A stretch of DNA of 64,000 nucleotides. Source: the human T2T-CHM13v2.0 reference genome, Homo sapiens. Of the stretch, positions 27,270-41,949 are shown piece by piece. The first letter of the stretch is position 1, and each line of letters begins with the position of its first letter. The translations under genes were made by a program, and so were the position numbers. The stretch lies in assembly GCF_009914755.1 (NCBI RefSeq), contig NC_060936.1. One strand, given 5' to 3'. Below the pieces are notes generated by a model. The model did not search any database. It was given only the letters and a program-made list of their open reading frames with translations, and was not told the origin of the DNA.

Positions 27270-27591
27270 GAAAAGAAAATTCCATGCAAGTAGTAACCCA
27301 AAAAGAGCAGGAGTGGTTTTAATAATATGAGATAAATATATTTGAAATCATAAAAGTTTACAAAAGACAAAGAAAGACATCACATTTTAAGCAAAGTTTT
27401 AATACAGCAAGAAGAGATACTATTTATAAACATTTATACACATAATAACGTACCATCAAAATATGAAGCAAAAATTGATAGACTTGAAAGGAGAAATACT
27501 CAGTTCAATAATAATAGCTTGAGACTTTAATAGTTCACTCTTAATATAGATAACCAGACAGATTAGTAAGAAAACAGGATGTACATAACAT

Positions 27592-27668
27592 AATGAAAAT
27601 GTCATGTACCTCACAAATATATACACGTACCATGTACCTACAAAAATAAAAAATAAAAATAAATAAAT
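27592..27668 (+). mobile_element. L1MA1-3-like extreme 3' tail
   Basis: tcatgtacctcacaaatatatacacgtaccatgtacctacaaaaataaaaaat. Confidence 0.7.
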
Positions 27669-28770
27669 ACAACAAACTAGCTAGATCTAACATACACACA
27701 CAGAACACTCTACCAACAACAAAATACATACTTTTCCAGTAAACATGGGGCATTTTCCAATATAAATTATATGCTAAGCCACAAATTAAGTCTCAATATA
27801 TTTTAAAAGATAGATGTTACACAAAGTATATTCTCTGGCCACAGTGGGATAATGTTAGAAACCAATAATAGAAACAAAACAGGAAAACTTACAAATTTGT
27901 GAAAATAACACATTCAGCTAATGAACAAAGAAGACATCACAAGGGAAATTAGAAAGTGATTAGTTATAACTGAAAACAAAAACATAGCATGTTAAAACTT
28001 ACAGGATGCAGCAAAAGCAGTGCAAAGGAAAAAATTTATTGCTATATGTGCTTACACTAAAAAATAAGAAAGATCTCAAATCTACAACCTGACTTTGCAA
28101 ATTAAAGAACCAGAAAAAAAGAACAACTTAAACACAAAGCTAGAAGAAATAAGAAAATAATTAAATCAGAGAGAAATGAAAGAAAGTATTGAAAAATGGA
28201 GAAAAGCAACGAAACCAAATGCTGGTTCTCAGATAATGTCAACAGAGTAGACAAACCTTTAGCCAGATTGAGAAGACTCAATTTACTAAAATCAGAAATG
28301 AAATTGAAACATTATTTTCAATTCTGCAGAAATCAAAAGGAGAATAAAAGAGTACTTAGAACAATTAATGGCAAAAAATATTGTATAGCCGAGATGAAAT
28401 GAACAAATTCCTAGAAACACAAAACTTACCACAACTGAATCATGAAGAAATATAAAACTCATAACTAATAAGGTGATTTAATCAGGTATAAAAAATCAAC
28501 AAATGAATGCCCTTGATTTGATGACTTCACTGCTGAATTCTACCAAACAGTTAAAACACAACTAACATCAAACCTTTCAAATTATTCCAAACAATTAAGG
28601 AGAAGGAAAAACTTGCTAAATCTATGAACCAGCCTTGTCCTGAAATCAAAGCCAGACAAACATATTAAAAGAAAAGAAAATTATAGGTCAACATTCCTTA
28701 TGAACATTGATGTAAAACTCCTTTACAAAATACTAGTAAACCAAATTCAAGAACATATTAATAGCATTAT

Positions 28771-31042
28771 TATATTTGTCTGTTTTCATGCTGCTAATAA
28801 AGACATATTCAAGACTGGGCAATATACAAAACACAGAGGTTTAATGGGACTTACAGTTCCACATGGCTGGGGAGGCCTCACAATCATGGCAGAAGGAGAG
28901 GAGGAGCAAGTTACATCTCACATGGATGAGAGCAGACAAAAAGCTTGTGCAGGGGAACTCCCCCTAATAATAACCATCAGATCTTATGAGACTTACTAGC
29001 ATGAAAACAGCACAGGAGAGAATTGCCCCCATAATTCAATTACCTCCCAATGGGTTCCTCCCACAACAAGTGGGGATACAAGATGAGATTTGGTTGGGGA
29101 CACAGCCAAACCACAGCATTCTGTCCCTGGCCCCTCCCAAATCTCATGTCCTCACATTTCAAAACCAATTTTGCCTTCCCAACAGTCCCCCGAAGTCTTA
29201 ACTCATTTCAGTATTAACTCAATAGACCACAGTCTAACGTCTCATCTGTGACAAGGCAAGTCCCTTCTGCCTATGAGCCTGTAAAATCAAAAGCACGTTA
29301 GTTACTTCCTAAATACAATGGGGGTACAGGCATTGGGTAAATAAGGCCATAGGAGAAATTGGCCAAAACAAAGGGGGTACAGGCCCCACACAAGTCCGAA
29401 ATCCAGCGAGGCAGTCAAATCTTAAATCTCCAAAATGACTTCCTTTCACTCTGTGTCTCACATCCAGGTCACGCTGATACAAGGGGTGGGCTGCCATGGT
29501 ATTGGGAAGCTCCGCCCCTGTGGTTTTGCAGGGTACAGCCTCTCTCCTGGCTGCTTTCATAGGCTGGCATGGAGTGTCTGCAGCTTTTCCAGGTGAGTGT
29601 TGCAAGTTGTCCGTGGATCTACCATTCTGGGATCTGGAGGATGGGTGGCCCTCTTCTCACAGCTCCACTAGGTGGTGCCCCAGTAGGGACTCTGGGTGGG
29701 GTCTCGGTCCCTACATTTCCCTTCTGCACTGCCCTAGAATAGGTTCTCCATGAGAGCCCCATCCCTGCAGCAAACTTCTGCCTTGACTTCCAAGTGTTTC
29801 CGTGCAACCTCTGAAATCTAGGCAGAGGATCCCAAACTCAAATTCTTGACTTCTGTATACTGGCAGACTCAACACCACATTGAAGCTGTCAAGGCTTGAG
29901 GCTGGCACCCTCTGAAGCCATGACCTTTGCTCTACATTGCCCCCTTTCAGCCACTGCTGGAGCAAATGGGATACTGGGCATCACATCCCTAGGCTGCACA
30001 CAGCACGAGAACTGGGCTTGGCCCATGAAACCACTTTTTCCTCCTAGGTATCTGGTTCTGTAATGGGAAGGGCTGCCATGAAGACATCTGACATGCCCTG
30101 GAAATATTTTCCCCGTTGTCTTGAGGATTAACATTCAGCTCCTTATTACTTTTGCAAATTTCTACAGCCAGCTTGGATTTCTGCTCAGAAAATGGAATTT
30201 TCTTTTCTATCACATTGTCAGGCTGCAAATTTTCCAAACTTTTATGCTCTGCTTCGCTTATAAAAATGAATGCCTTTAACAGCACTCAAGTCATCTCTCG
30301 AATGCTTTGCTGCTTAGAAATATCTTCTGCCAGATACCTTAAATCACCTCTTTCAAGTTCAAAGTTCCACAAATCTCTAGGCAGGGCCACAATTCCACCA
30401 GTCTCTTTGCTAAAGCATAACAAGAGTCATCTTAGCTTCAGTTCCCAACAATTTCCTGATCTCCATCTGAGACCACCTTGGCCTGGACTTTATTGTCCAT
30501 ATTGCTATCAGTATTTTGGGCAAAGCCAGTCAACAAGTCTCTAAGAGTTCCAAACTTTCCCACATTTTTTTGTCTTCTTCAGAACCCTACAAACTGTTCC
30601 AATCTCTGCCTGTTACCCTGTTCCAAAGTCACTTTCACATTTTTGGGTATCTTTTCAACAGTGCCCCACTCTACTGGTACTGATTTACTGTATTTGTCTG
30701 TTTTCATGATGCTAATAAAGACATACTTGAAACCAGGCAATTTACAAAAGGAAGAGGTTTAATGGGACTTACAGTTCCACATGGCTGGGGAGGCCTCCCA
30801 ATCATGGAGAAAGCAAGGAGGAGCAAGTCACATCTTACATGGATGGCAACAGGCAAAAATAGAGCTTGTGCAGGAAAAGTCTGCCTTATAAAGCCATCAG
30901 ATCTCGTGAGACTTATTCACTATCATGAGAACAGCATGAGAAAGACCTGCCACCATGATTCAATAAACTCCCACTGTGTTCTGCCCACAGCACGTGGGAA
31001 TTCAAGATGAGATTTGGGTGGGGACACAGCCAAACCATATCA
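28771..31042 (-). mobile_element. Complete THE1 (THE1B-like) MaLR provirus: LTR 28771-29118, internal, LTR 30689-31042
   Basis: Two LTRs share the variants tatttgtctgttttcatg and ttaatgggactt; ~1.57 kb THE1-int; 5-bp TSD attat at 28766-28770 and 31043-31047. Confidence 0.96.
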
Positions 31043-32994
31043 ATTATATATCATATATAGGGATTTATTCCTGAAATGCAAGAATAATTTCATATGCAAA
31101 AATAAATCAAAGTAACGCAACACATTAACAGAATGAAGGTGGGGGACAATAGGATCATTTTAATTGATGCAGAGAAACATTTGATAAAGTTCAACAGTCT
31201 TTCATGATAAAAAAATTCAATGAATAGGTATAGAACAAATTTACCTCAAAACAATAAAGGCCATATAAAAAAACCCACAGTCAAAATCATACTCAGTGAT
31301 TAAAGAATGAAAGTGTTTTCTTCAAGAGCAGGAACAAGGCAAAGGTGCCTACTCTTGGCACTTCTCTTCCAGATAGTACCAGAAGTCCTAGCCAGATAAA
31401 TCAGGCAAGAAAAAGAAATAAAGGACATTCACACTGAAAAGGAAGAAGTAAAATTATCTCTGTTTGAGAATGATATTATCTTATATTTAAAAAACCCTAA
31501 AAATTCCACAGGAACCTATTACAACAAATAAACAAATTTAATGAAGTAGCAGGTTACAAAGTCAATGTACAAAAATCACTTGCATTTCTATACATTAGCA
31601 ATGTACAATATGAAAAAAATTAAGAAAACAATTCCATTTACAATAGCATCAAAAACAATGAAAGTTGTAGGAATTCACTTAACCAGGGAAATGAAAGATT
31701 TGTGCAATAAAAATGATAAAACATTGCTGAAACAAATTAACCAGGGTGATGGAAGATTTGTACCATAAAAATAATAAAACATTGCTGAAACAAATTAAAG
31801 AATACACAAATAAATAGAAAAATATTCCATAATCATGGATTGAAGACTTAAGATGCCAATACTCCACAAAACAATCTACAGATTCACTGTAATTCTTATC
31901 AAAATTACATGTTTGCAGAAATAGAAAAATCCATCTTAAAATTTATACAGAATTTTAAAAGATCCTTAATAGCCATAATTATCTTAAAAAGAAGAACAAA
32001 GTTGGAGAACTATAGTTCCTGGCTTCAAAACTTACTACGAAGCTATAGTAACAAAAGAGACTAGTGTTAGTATAATTACAGACATATAGCTCAAGGTAAT
32101 ATAGAACACAGAGTCCAGAAAAAAACCTTTACATATATTATAAAATGATTTTTGAACTAGATATCAAGGTTATCCTAGGGATAATATAGTGTTTTCAACA
32201 AATGGTGCTGTGAAAATGGAATATCTTCATGCAAAAGAATGGCATTGGACACTTAACATGATATAAAAAGTAATTCAAAATGGATAAAAATTCTAAATGT
32301 AGGAGACATCACACTATAAAACTTTAGGAGAAAACATAGGACAAATGTTTCATGACATTGCATTTGGCAATGAGTTTTTTGGATAAGACATTAGAAGCAC
32401 AGGCAACAAAAGAAAAAATATAAAAAATAGACTTTATAAAAATTAAAACTTTTGTTCATGAAAGGAGACTATCAATAGCGTGAGAGGACAACTTATGGAA
32501 TGGGAGAAAATATTTATAGATCACATATTTGACAGGGGGTTAATATTCAGAATATATATAGAACTCCTACAACTCAATAGCCAAAAAAAACAACACAAAA
32601 CCAAATAACTCAATTCAAAAGTAGGCAAAGGACTTGAAAAGACATTTCTACAAAGAAAATATATGAATGGGCAATAAGCACATGAAAAGATGCTCAGCAT
32701 CACTGATGATTAGGGAAATGAAATCAACACCACAATGAGATATCATTTCACAGCGATTAGGATGACTATTATAAAAACACACACATACTTAAAATAACAA
32801 GTGTTGGTGAGGATGTGGAGAAATTGGAACACTTGTGTCCTGTTAGTGGAAATGTAATATGATAGAGGTGCTGTGGAAGTATGGTGGTTCCTAAAAAAAT
32901 ACAAAATAGAATTTCATATGATCCAGCAATTCTACTTCTGTGTATATACCCCCAAGAATGAAAATCACAGTCTCAAAGAGATTTGTACGCTTAT

Positions 32995-33358
32995 TGTCTG
33001 AGTCCCTTTAGGCTGTTATAAAAAAATACCATCAACTGGGTAGCTTATAAACAACAGAAATTTATTTTTCACAATTTTGAGACCTGAGAAGTCTAAGATC
33101 AAGGCACTCATCCTTTCAGTGTCACGTGAGGGTTTACTTTCTGTTTCATAGGCAGTGCTTTCTCACTGTGTCCTTACATGGCGGAAGGAGTGAATCAGTT
33201 CTCTAGACCTCTTTCACAAAGGGCTCTAATCTATCTGAGAGGTCTTTACCATCATGACCTAATCACCTCCTGAAAACTCCACCTTCTAATGCCATCACAT
33301 TGTTGATTAGGTTTGCGTATACAAATTTTCAGAGGGTGCAAACATTCAGACCATAGCA
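32995..33358 (-). mobile_element. MLT1A solo LTR
   Basis: tgtctgagtccc...gcttataaacaacagaaatttatt...aacattcagaccatagca; TSD cttat/ctcat. Confidence 0.88.
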
Positions 33359-34990
33359 CTCATGTACATAGGAGCATTATTCATAGTAGTTAAAATGTGG
33401 AAGTAATCCAAATACCCATGGACAGATGAATGGATACGTAAAATATGGTATATGCATACAATTTTATTCAGCCTTTATTCAATAGGAAGGAAATTTTGAT
33501 GTATGCTACAGCATGTATAAACTTTGAGGACTTTATGCTAGCCAGTCACAAAATTCTCTTAAATCTAAAATATATCAAAAAATATAAAATTAAAAAATAT
33601 AAAATTCTCTTAAATATGAAAACACAAAGTATATTAAAAATAATTTTAAAACATTTTCAATATTATTAAATTATAAAGTAATTTTTTCAACATTTAAATA
33701 TTATGAAGAACTTTAAGACATAGAAAAGTAAGAATTTTTATCTTGTTTTTATTGCTATATACTTTGTCATAGGATATAGTAGATTGTGAATAACCATATA
33801 TTTAATTAATTGAAATTCTGAATAGTTAATATTATAATTAATATACTCAAACATTCTCAGGGAATTAAAAAATCTATAAGTTCATTAGTGTGTATTTGGG
33901 TCTATACTTAAAATTATGTTGATATTTTGTATGCTTTTATTTCATATTAATATAATTATAAATAATATAAAATTATTTATCTTAATATTTAGTAATTTTA
34001 TATACTACTTTTTCACAAATATGTCTTACTACTCAAACATTAATTCCGCATTTACTTGCAAGGCAAATGCTGTAGCAATTTTTTTTTTCACTTACTGTAC
34101 TCATCTAATAGTTTGGAGTTGAAAATTAGGCCCTTGGATACATGTGTTGCCAAGTCACATCTCACAAGTAATGGTTTGTGTAACATTTCCTAATCTTACC
34201 ACTAAGCATTAGAAATGCTAAATCTTTGTTTTTAAATTAAAAAATGGTTTTCAGGAAAAAAAATCTGTAGTTTATTGATACTTTTATCATAGGGAATACA
34301 TAAAATAAATACTGGAATTTAGAGCTTGTAAATCCTGTGGGCTAGGCTTAAGGGTATACTATTTAATTCCCATATAATTTAAGAGCTAGAAACTTCCCAA
34401 TCAGCAGAATAAGACAGAGGTCTCCAGAGAATTCTGAGTTATATTTCACTCTCTTCCATTTGGTTATTACTTTTCTCTGTCAGGATATGTGAAGAGAAGC
34501 TCATTTATGCTAATATGCCTGTGTATCTAGATTACAATTTGAACAAATTTAATTGCTACATTAGTCAAAACAGAACTTAGAGTTAAAATTTGATGAAGTG
34601 AAGAAAAATAATTGGCTTATTAATATTTTTTAAAAAGCAGCAACATTTTTACCTCTGACATTACACTCTGAAGACATAGTAGAGTTATAATTAATACTCA
34701 GTTTAATAAAGATGTGCCATTGATGAGTTCACTGATGCTGCATCAGAGTGAAAACTGGCAATCTGTATCTAACTTTGTGCTGATGATACAGTGGGAAATA
34801 TGTTTGTTTAAAATACCATCTGTTATTTTCAGGCATTTATATGCAACTCTATTGTGTATAGCTAAGTTATCGTGACTGTAACCTAAAAAGAGGCATGTGC
34901 TATTGACAACAGTAAAGCCCCCATCTGCCCCTTGATGTTTGTTAAACAGCTGATTTGGGTATATTATTTACTTGAAATGACATTGGTTGC

Positions 34991-36792
34991 TGATATAGTT
35001 TGGCTGTGTCTCCACTCAGATCTCATCTTAAATTCCCATGTGTTGTGGGAGGGACCCAGTGGGAGGTTATTGAATCATGAGGGCAGGTCTTTCCTATGCT
35101 GTTCTCATGATATTGAGTAAGTCTCTTGATATTTGATGGTTATTATAAGGGGGAGTTTTCCTGCACAAGTAAGTGAATCATGGGGACAGGTCTTTCCTGT
35201 GCTATTCTCATGATATTAAGTCTCCTGATATCTGATGGCTATTATAAGGGAGAGTTTTCCTGCACAAGCTCTCTTCTCTTGTCTGCCACCATGTGAGACG
35301 TGCCGTTCACCTTCCATCATGATTGTGAGACCTCCCCAGCCACGTAGAACTGTGAGTCTGATAAACCTCTTTCTTTTGTAAATTGCCCAAACCTGGGTAT
35401 GTCTTTATCATCTGTGTGAAAACTGAGCAGTAAAGTAAATTGGTACCAGTAGAGTGGAGCGCTACTGAAAACATACCCGAAAATGTGAAAGCAACTTTGG
35501 AACTGGGTAACAGGCAGAGGCTGTAACAGTTTGGAGGGCTCAGAAGAAGACAGGAAAATGTGGGAAAGTTTGGAACTTCCTAGAGACTTGTTGAATGGCT
35601 TTTACCAAAATGCTGATAATGATATGGACAATGAAATCCAGACTGAGGTAGTCTCAGATGAAGATGAGGAGCTTGTTGGGAACTGGAGCAAAGGTGACTC
35701 ACTGTTTTAGCAAAGAGACTAGAGGAATTGTGCCCCTGTCCTAGAGATCTGTAGAACTTTGTACTTGAGAGAGATGATTTAGGGTATCCAGCAGAAGATA
35801 TTTCTAGGCAGCAAACCATTCAAGAGGTGACTTGGGTGCTGTTAAAGGCATTCAGTTTTATAAGGGAAACATAGCATAAAAGTTTGGAAAATCTGCAGCC
35901 TGACAATGTGATAGAAAATAAAAACCCATTTTCTGAGGAGAAATTCAAGCCAGTTGCAGAAATTTGCATAAGTAATGAGGAGCCAAATGTTAATCCCCAA
36001 ACAATGGAGAAAATGTTTCCAAGGCATGTCAGAGACCTTCATGGCAGCCCTTCCCATCACAGGCCTGAACACCTAGGAGAAAATGGTTTTGTGGGCTGGG
36101 CCTAGGGTCTCCATGCTGTATGCAAGCCTAGGGACTTGGTGCCCTGCATCCCAGCTGCTCCAGCTGTGACTAAAAGGGGCAAAGGTACAGCTCCAGCTGT
36201 TGCTTCAGAAGGTGCAGACACCAAGGCTTGACAGCTTCCACATGATGTTGAGTCTGTGGGTGCACAGAAGTCAAGAATTGGGGTTTGGGAACCTCCACAT
36301 GGATTTCCGAGGATATATGGAAATGCCTGGATGTCAACGCAGAAGTTTATTCCAGGGATGGGGCCCTCATGGAGAACCTCTGCTAGGGCAGTGCAGAAGG
36401 TAAATGTGGGGCCTGAGCCCCCACACAGTGTTCCTACTGGGGCATCAGCTAATGGAGCTGTGAGAAGAGGGCCACCATCCTCCAGAATTTAGAATGGTAG
36501 ATCCTCTGACAACTTGCACCATGCTGCTGGAAAACCCGTAGACACTCCATGCCAGCCTGTGAAAGAGGCTGGGAGGGAAGCTGTTCCCTGCAAAGTCACA
36601 GGGGTGGAGTTTCCCAAGACCATGGTAACCCTTCTCTTTTCTGCTACTATGTGAGTTGTGCCTTTCACCTTCCACCATGATTGTGAGTCCTCTCCAGACA
36701 TGTAGAACTGTGCGTCCAATAAACCTCTTTCTTTTGTAAATTGCCCAGTCTCGGGTAAGTTTTTATCAGCAGCATGAAAGCAGAGGAATACA
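34991..36792 (+). mobile_element. THE1 provirus: 5' LTR to ~35434 with duplication, internal, deletion into partial 3' LTR at ~36630
   Basis: tgatatagtttggctgtgtc start; gtaaattggtaccagtagagtgg internal start; ends aataca; TSD gttgc at 34986-34990 and 36793-36797. Confidence 0.95.
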
Positions 36793-37222
36793 GTTGCCTT
36801 GAGTGGCTTATTTTTTAATATGTGTTTGCTTCATTAATGTATTAGGCTTTCATGAAAGTCAATATTTTAAATTTAAGTTAAAAGTATCACAGAGGAATGA
36901 AATTTTGGCTGATTCGACAGCCCTCAGTTATATAATAGTGACAGAATACCTTTCTTTCATTTGGCTTTAATGCACTTTTCTATAAAGTGAAAACATTAAT
37001 CTCTAACATATTTTGTGAAGCTATGTTAGTACTGAAAGATGACACAATTATTGAGTTCCCCTGTAGCCACTGTAACATCATTATAGAGATTTGTTTAAGG
37101 AGTAACTTAAAAAAGGTGAGTTACTAAAAAACCAATTCAGATTATAATAAATTGTTCATAGCTATACACTTAATTTCTAATCACAGAGTATGGATTATCT
37201 GTAAAATTTCTGTCATAGGTGG

Positions 37223-37522
<300 letters not shown>

Positions 37523-39959
37523 TGAATAGGTGGTCTTAATCTTTGTGACTTAGAGTTTTTTCTGCCAAGGATCAGAGTTGCAGTGAAAAACCCACTCAGT
37601 TTAGTATTACCTGGTGCTGCAGGAGAAATGCTCTGGCTTCAGCATGCAGTCTATTTTTTTGTGACATGCTCTTAGAAACAGCTTTGCATACAGATGTGTT
37701 AGTTCAAGGGAGACCCAACTGGAGATCTACATCTCAGTGTTCCTCAGCACTATCCCTTTGCCAGCACCACTGTCCTTTTCTTGTTGTGCTGGAGTTTCAA
37801 AGAAAGGCAAACAAGTTGTGCTTCCCTTGGCAGCTCTCTACACATGAAAGAATAATCTGTCTGCATATTGTTTTATTTAAACATATTTTTGCAAAATACC
37901 AGATCATGTTTTCTGTCCATTTATTGTCTCCAACTTCCTTCTCAAAATGAATGTTGTCCTTAATAATTGTATTTAACATATTTTTATAATATGTTTGGTA
38001 AAAAGAAATTTTTTCTGTATCTGATTCCAGGTCTATATTTTTATTAATTTTTAAGAGCTTTGCTCTGTTAATAAATTGATGATTGAGCAAAGAAGACTCT
38101 ATACTACTTAATATATCAAAACGTGGCCAAGAAATTAGCACTCTAAAACACTTTATTTAAATTGTCATTTTTTTTATTGTTCTTTATAGAAGGGGACAAG
38201 GGATACTTTTCTTTCTTCCAGCCTTATAGAGAGAGGGAGAGAGTGTGAGATGGACAGAGGAAGAAGAAGGGAGCAAGGAGAGAGAGAATATTTTTAAGAT
38301 ATGGATAGGAAGTAAAAATTTTATGCTGATCTCTTGCTATAAATAGCTGTTTTTCACAGTTGTTTTTCTTTCTTTTCATTTTCAGTATTTATTCTTATAT
38401 ATTTTTCTCCTCTTATTCTTACTAGCCAAATAATTCAATATAGCAAATAATATCAAAATAATAATTAAAAAACCCAAACTTATTAAAAATCCAATTGAAA
38501 CAAAAGTTACCAGAGACATAGAGATCTTGATTACTTCAAAAGGAGGGGAACTGATTTTTCTCACACATTTCTCTGGTCAGCCTCTCAAATATGAGGTCAG
38601 CGAGCAAATATATCACATTTATGCACATGTGAATTCATACAGGCACACAAGAGAAAGGGTCAAGCAGAAAAAAGAACTGAACTGGAAGAGAAATTAATCA
38701 CCTTAAACATATGTAGGGCTTTCAATAAAACAATGCATTACTTTCTTTTCAAATTTACTAGAAAGTCTCAGAATTGGAAATATCTCTTTCTCAGTCTTTC
38801 CATGGTATATATATTTTCTTTCCAATTAGAAAAGGCATTCTTATAATAAAAATGAAATCACCTCTATGATATCATCAAGTTTCATTTTCTACTATTATGA
38901 ATAGGTCTAGAATGGAGACTGATTAAATTTAGAAATAATCTCTCTTGTTCATTGGTTGAATTTTTATATAACATCATTAAAGTGCTTCATGCTGGAATAT
39001 GGTTGAGTTTTTTTGGTCAGATAGAATATGGCAATAATAAAAGGCATTTCAACTGTTTAAGAAGTGAACAACCAATTTTCTTGATATCTCCAATGATAAT
39101 GTTCCTAAGTTCTGAGTTCATTTTCATGGTATAATGCTGTTATTAGAATTAGCATAGAGTTAAAATGTTGAGTAATTTATCTCTATTAGACAAAAGTCAT
39201 CTTCTATTTATGAAATTCTTATTACTGTTGAGTAACTCACAGTTCTTAAATTAAATTTCCTGATTTGCATTAGGTTTAAAGCTGTAAATAGCTTTTCAGA
39301 ATATATAATTGAGTTGATATTGAGTTTGTAGACAAGAGAATCCTATTAAAATACGGAGATTTCTATTAACATTTGAGCTATAATTTCAGAGACATCAAGG
39401 GAAAACACAAGACAAGCAACATATCAACGAAATGCACAGTATTACTAGGTTCTTTCAAAGAAGAGTCACTAGAGAATCATAAAGGAAAGGGAATCAAATA
39501 ATAGTACAATTAATGTTTCCCACACAGCCATATTTTATGGGATACTATAGATATAATTGTGTGACAGAAAATACAAAGAGAAAGAATAATTTTAATATTG
39601 ATCAAAGGAAAATCAAGTCAGCACTTTGCTCATCAAATACAGAAATACTTGCAACTCTTATTTAACACAATGACTGCAGAGGAAACAAATAAGCTCCTTC
39701 ACCTGCAAAAGAGATTGTATTGACCAATGAAGTGGGATGGTGATTGAGGTCCTGTTATTTAACAAGAAAATTTGAATTCATTTACATTTTGAAGTTGGGC
39801 TGTTAGGAGATTAAGATTTGAATATTCTTTCCCTTTGTAGTCTGTAGCAATATATTTTTAGGGTTCTGATTCTCGAAGCACAATCCACAATTGCTTTTTC
39901 CCCCCACTTTCATGTAGATGATTAGCAATTTTTATCCTTACTGCCTTCTCTTTCTATTA

Positions 39960-40520
39960 TCATTTCATCTATTTTCATGATTTCCAACTATCATTTTTAT
40001 GCAAATTGTCCTCAGATCTGTATCTCCATTTGTGAGCCTTCTTTCCAACCCAAATTTACTCACATGAGTTAATGAAAATTTGCCTTGAGTGCTCTGATGT
40101 CACCTCTAATACAAATGGACAAACTGAACTTACTTATTATCTTCCCTTGTGTTTTTTCTTTCTAGTTATAAACCATCATTCTTTTTGTCACTTTTTTTTG
40201 CATCTTGGAACCCTGGTTGAATCTTTTCCCTCTCCTTCTTTTCACACTTAATTATTTCCAAGACCTGTCATTTGTAAGTACTATAATATTCACTCATCTT
40301 ACCCCATTTTCTGTATTTTTAGTGTCATGTGGCTTTTGATTCTGCACTTTAACCATGCCAACACAGACACACTACATGTCTGCAAGGTTTTTGACAGTGA
40401 CAGAAAATCATACACTACACTCCTTATTTGTCCCTAACCTTTGCCAAGTTTGACTCAGTGGCCAAACATTGTCTTAATCTATAAGATTATTCTTCATTAT
40501 GCTAGTCCAATATTTTGGTC
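39960..40520 (+). mobile_element. L2 fragments
   Basis: Degenerate L2 3' region (ctcagatctgtatctcca, tgtcacctctaatacaaatggacaaactgaactt). Confidence 0.5.
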
Positions 40521-41949
40521 ATGAAAATTGTATCCTGTCTCTCTAGTTCTGTTCCCAGTGTCTGCTGTGTATCTTTCCCAGTACCACCACTTGGTTACAT
40601 CTGTCAGACAGAACAAACAGGAAAGCACATATCATGTTCATATTTTTCTGGGAGAGTACACCTGCTACCTGAATGTATTTGCCCTCTGGATCCAGCTGCA
40701 TGAATTTAATGGGGGAAAGAGGGGTCCCAAAGAAAATATCTTATCATACCTTATATATCACTCTACAAACCTGCTCTTTTCCCCTATCATCTGCAACCAA
40801 GCTAATTTTAGAAAGCTGGAGAAAATGGTCCAGGTTCAGTAGATCCCTAAAGGAAGGCTTCTTATTTTCCACGAAACATCCTGACTCAGAGCTAATTATA
40901 GTACTACTATATTTTTTAAAGGTAATACTAATTTCAGCCCTTTTGGTCAACTCCCTAATATTTACACTTAATTACCCTACAATATAATAATGATCATGCA
41001 AACCAGTAAATGTCAATTTAATTTTGCATAAGTTTTGTTTGATTGTGACCGTCAACCTGTGTATGCTCAGAATTTACTGTGTGCTGCTCATTTACCATGG
41101 TCATATACACCCAATTTAAGTCAATCAAGGCAAGTTTAGAACAGGCAAATAACTCAAAGTAGTATGACTCAATCAACAAATTTTTCAGGGAAATGTATAA
41201 ATTTTGTCATAAAAAGAAAAAATATTAGAACGTATGACAGGATTACATAACAATGAACACATTAAATGCAGGTAGCCCTTGACAAAAGAGATTTTAGTTT
41301 CAAGGATTATACTCAATTTTGATGATCATTTGTATTTGCTTCACTAATTCAGAATTCTTCATGGGACTCAGTACAATGATGCTTAATTAATCCCAATGAT
41401 TTTTCAGCCAAATCATCCTTTGAAATTATAATAGATATCCTATTTTTCTGTAGAAATGTAGATGTTCAACAAATATTTGTTGAGTAAGTGGCTGCTCTGA
41501 CCATTTATCTTCTCAAAGTTATACGTTCTAAAAAGTCTTTTATATGCAGTGTCTTTCAAATTGATTTTGCTATTAATCATTTATAGCATTTAGTATTAGA
41601 ATAATTTCAATTGATTTTGAAGGAAAAAAATGTTTCAGCATCCAGAATAGTGAGTTGGACTCCAAAACAGTAAGTCATTTAGGCTCATGATGACTTTGGA
41701 ACCATAAAATGGTGATGGTAATGAACATTAGTTCAAATTAATATTTCATTGTTTTAAACAAATACTGATTAAGAGGCAGGCTCTGGCCTTCACAACAGTG
41801 GGTGCAAAATTTTTAAACTGGAAGTGTGTGTGAGCTATTCTATTTAGGGAGATTGCTCAATAGTTTAAATGATAATGTTATCCACTACAATGACATCCAG
41901 TTTCTTTTTATAGTGACCATAGCATATGTGAAGGCAGTGTTAATAGTGA

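Noticed and set aside
28700-31010. ORF cluster in THE1
   Set aside because: Fragmented MaLR internal/LTR translations with stops and frameshifts
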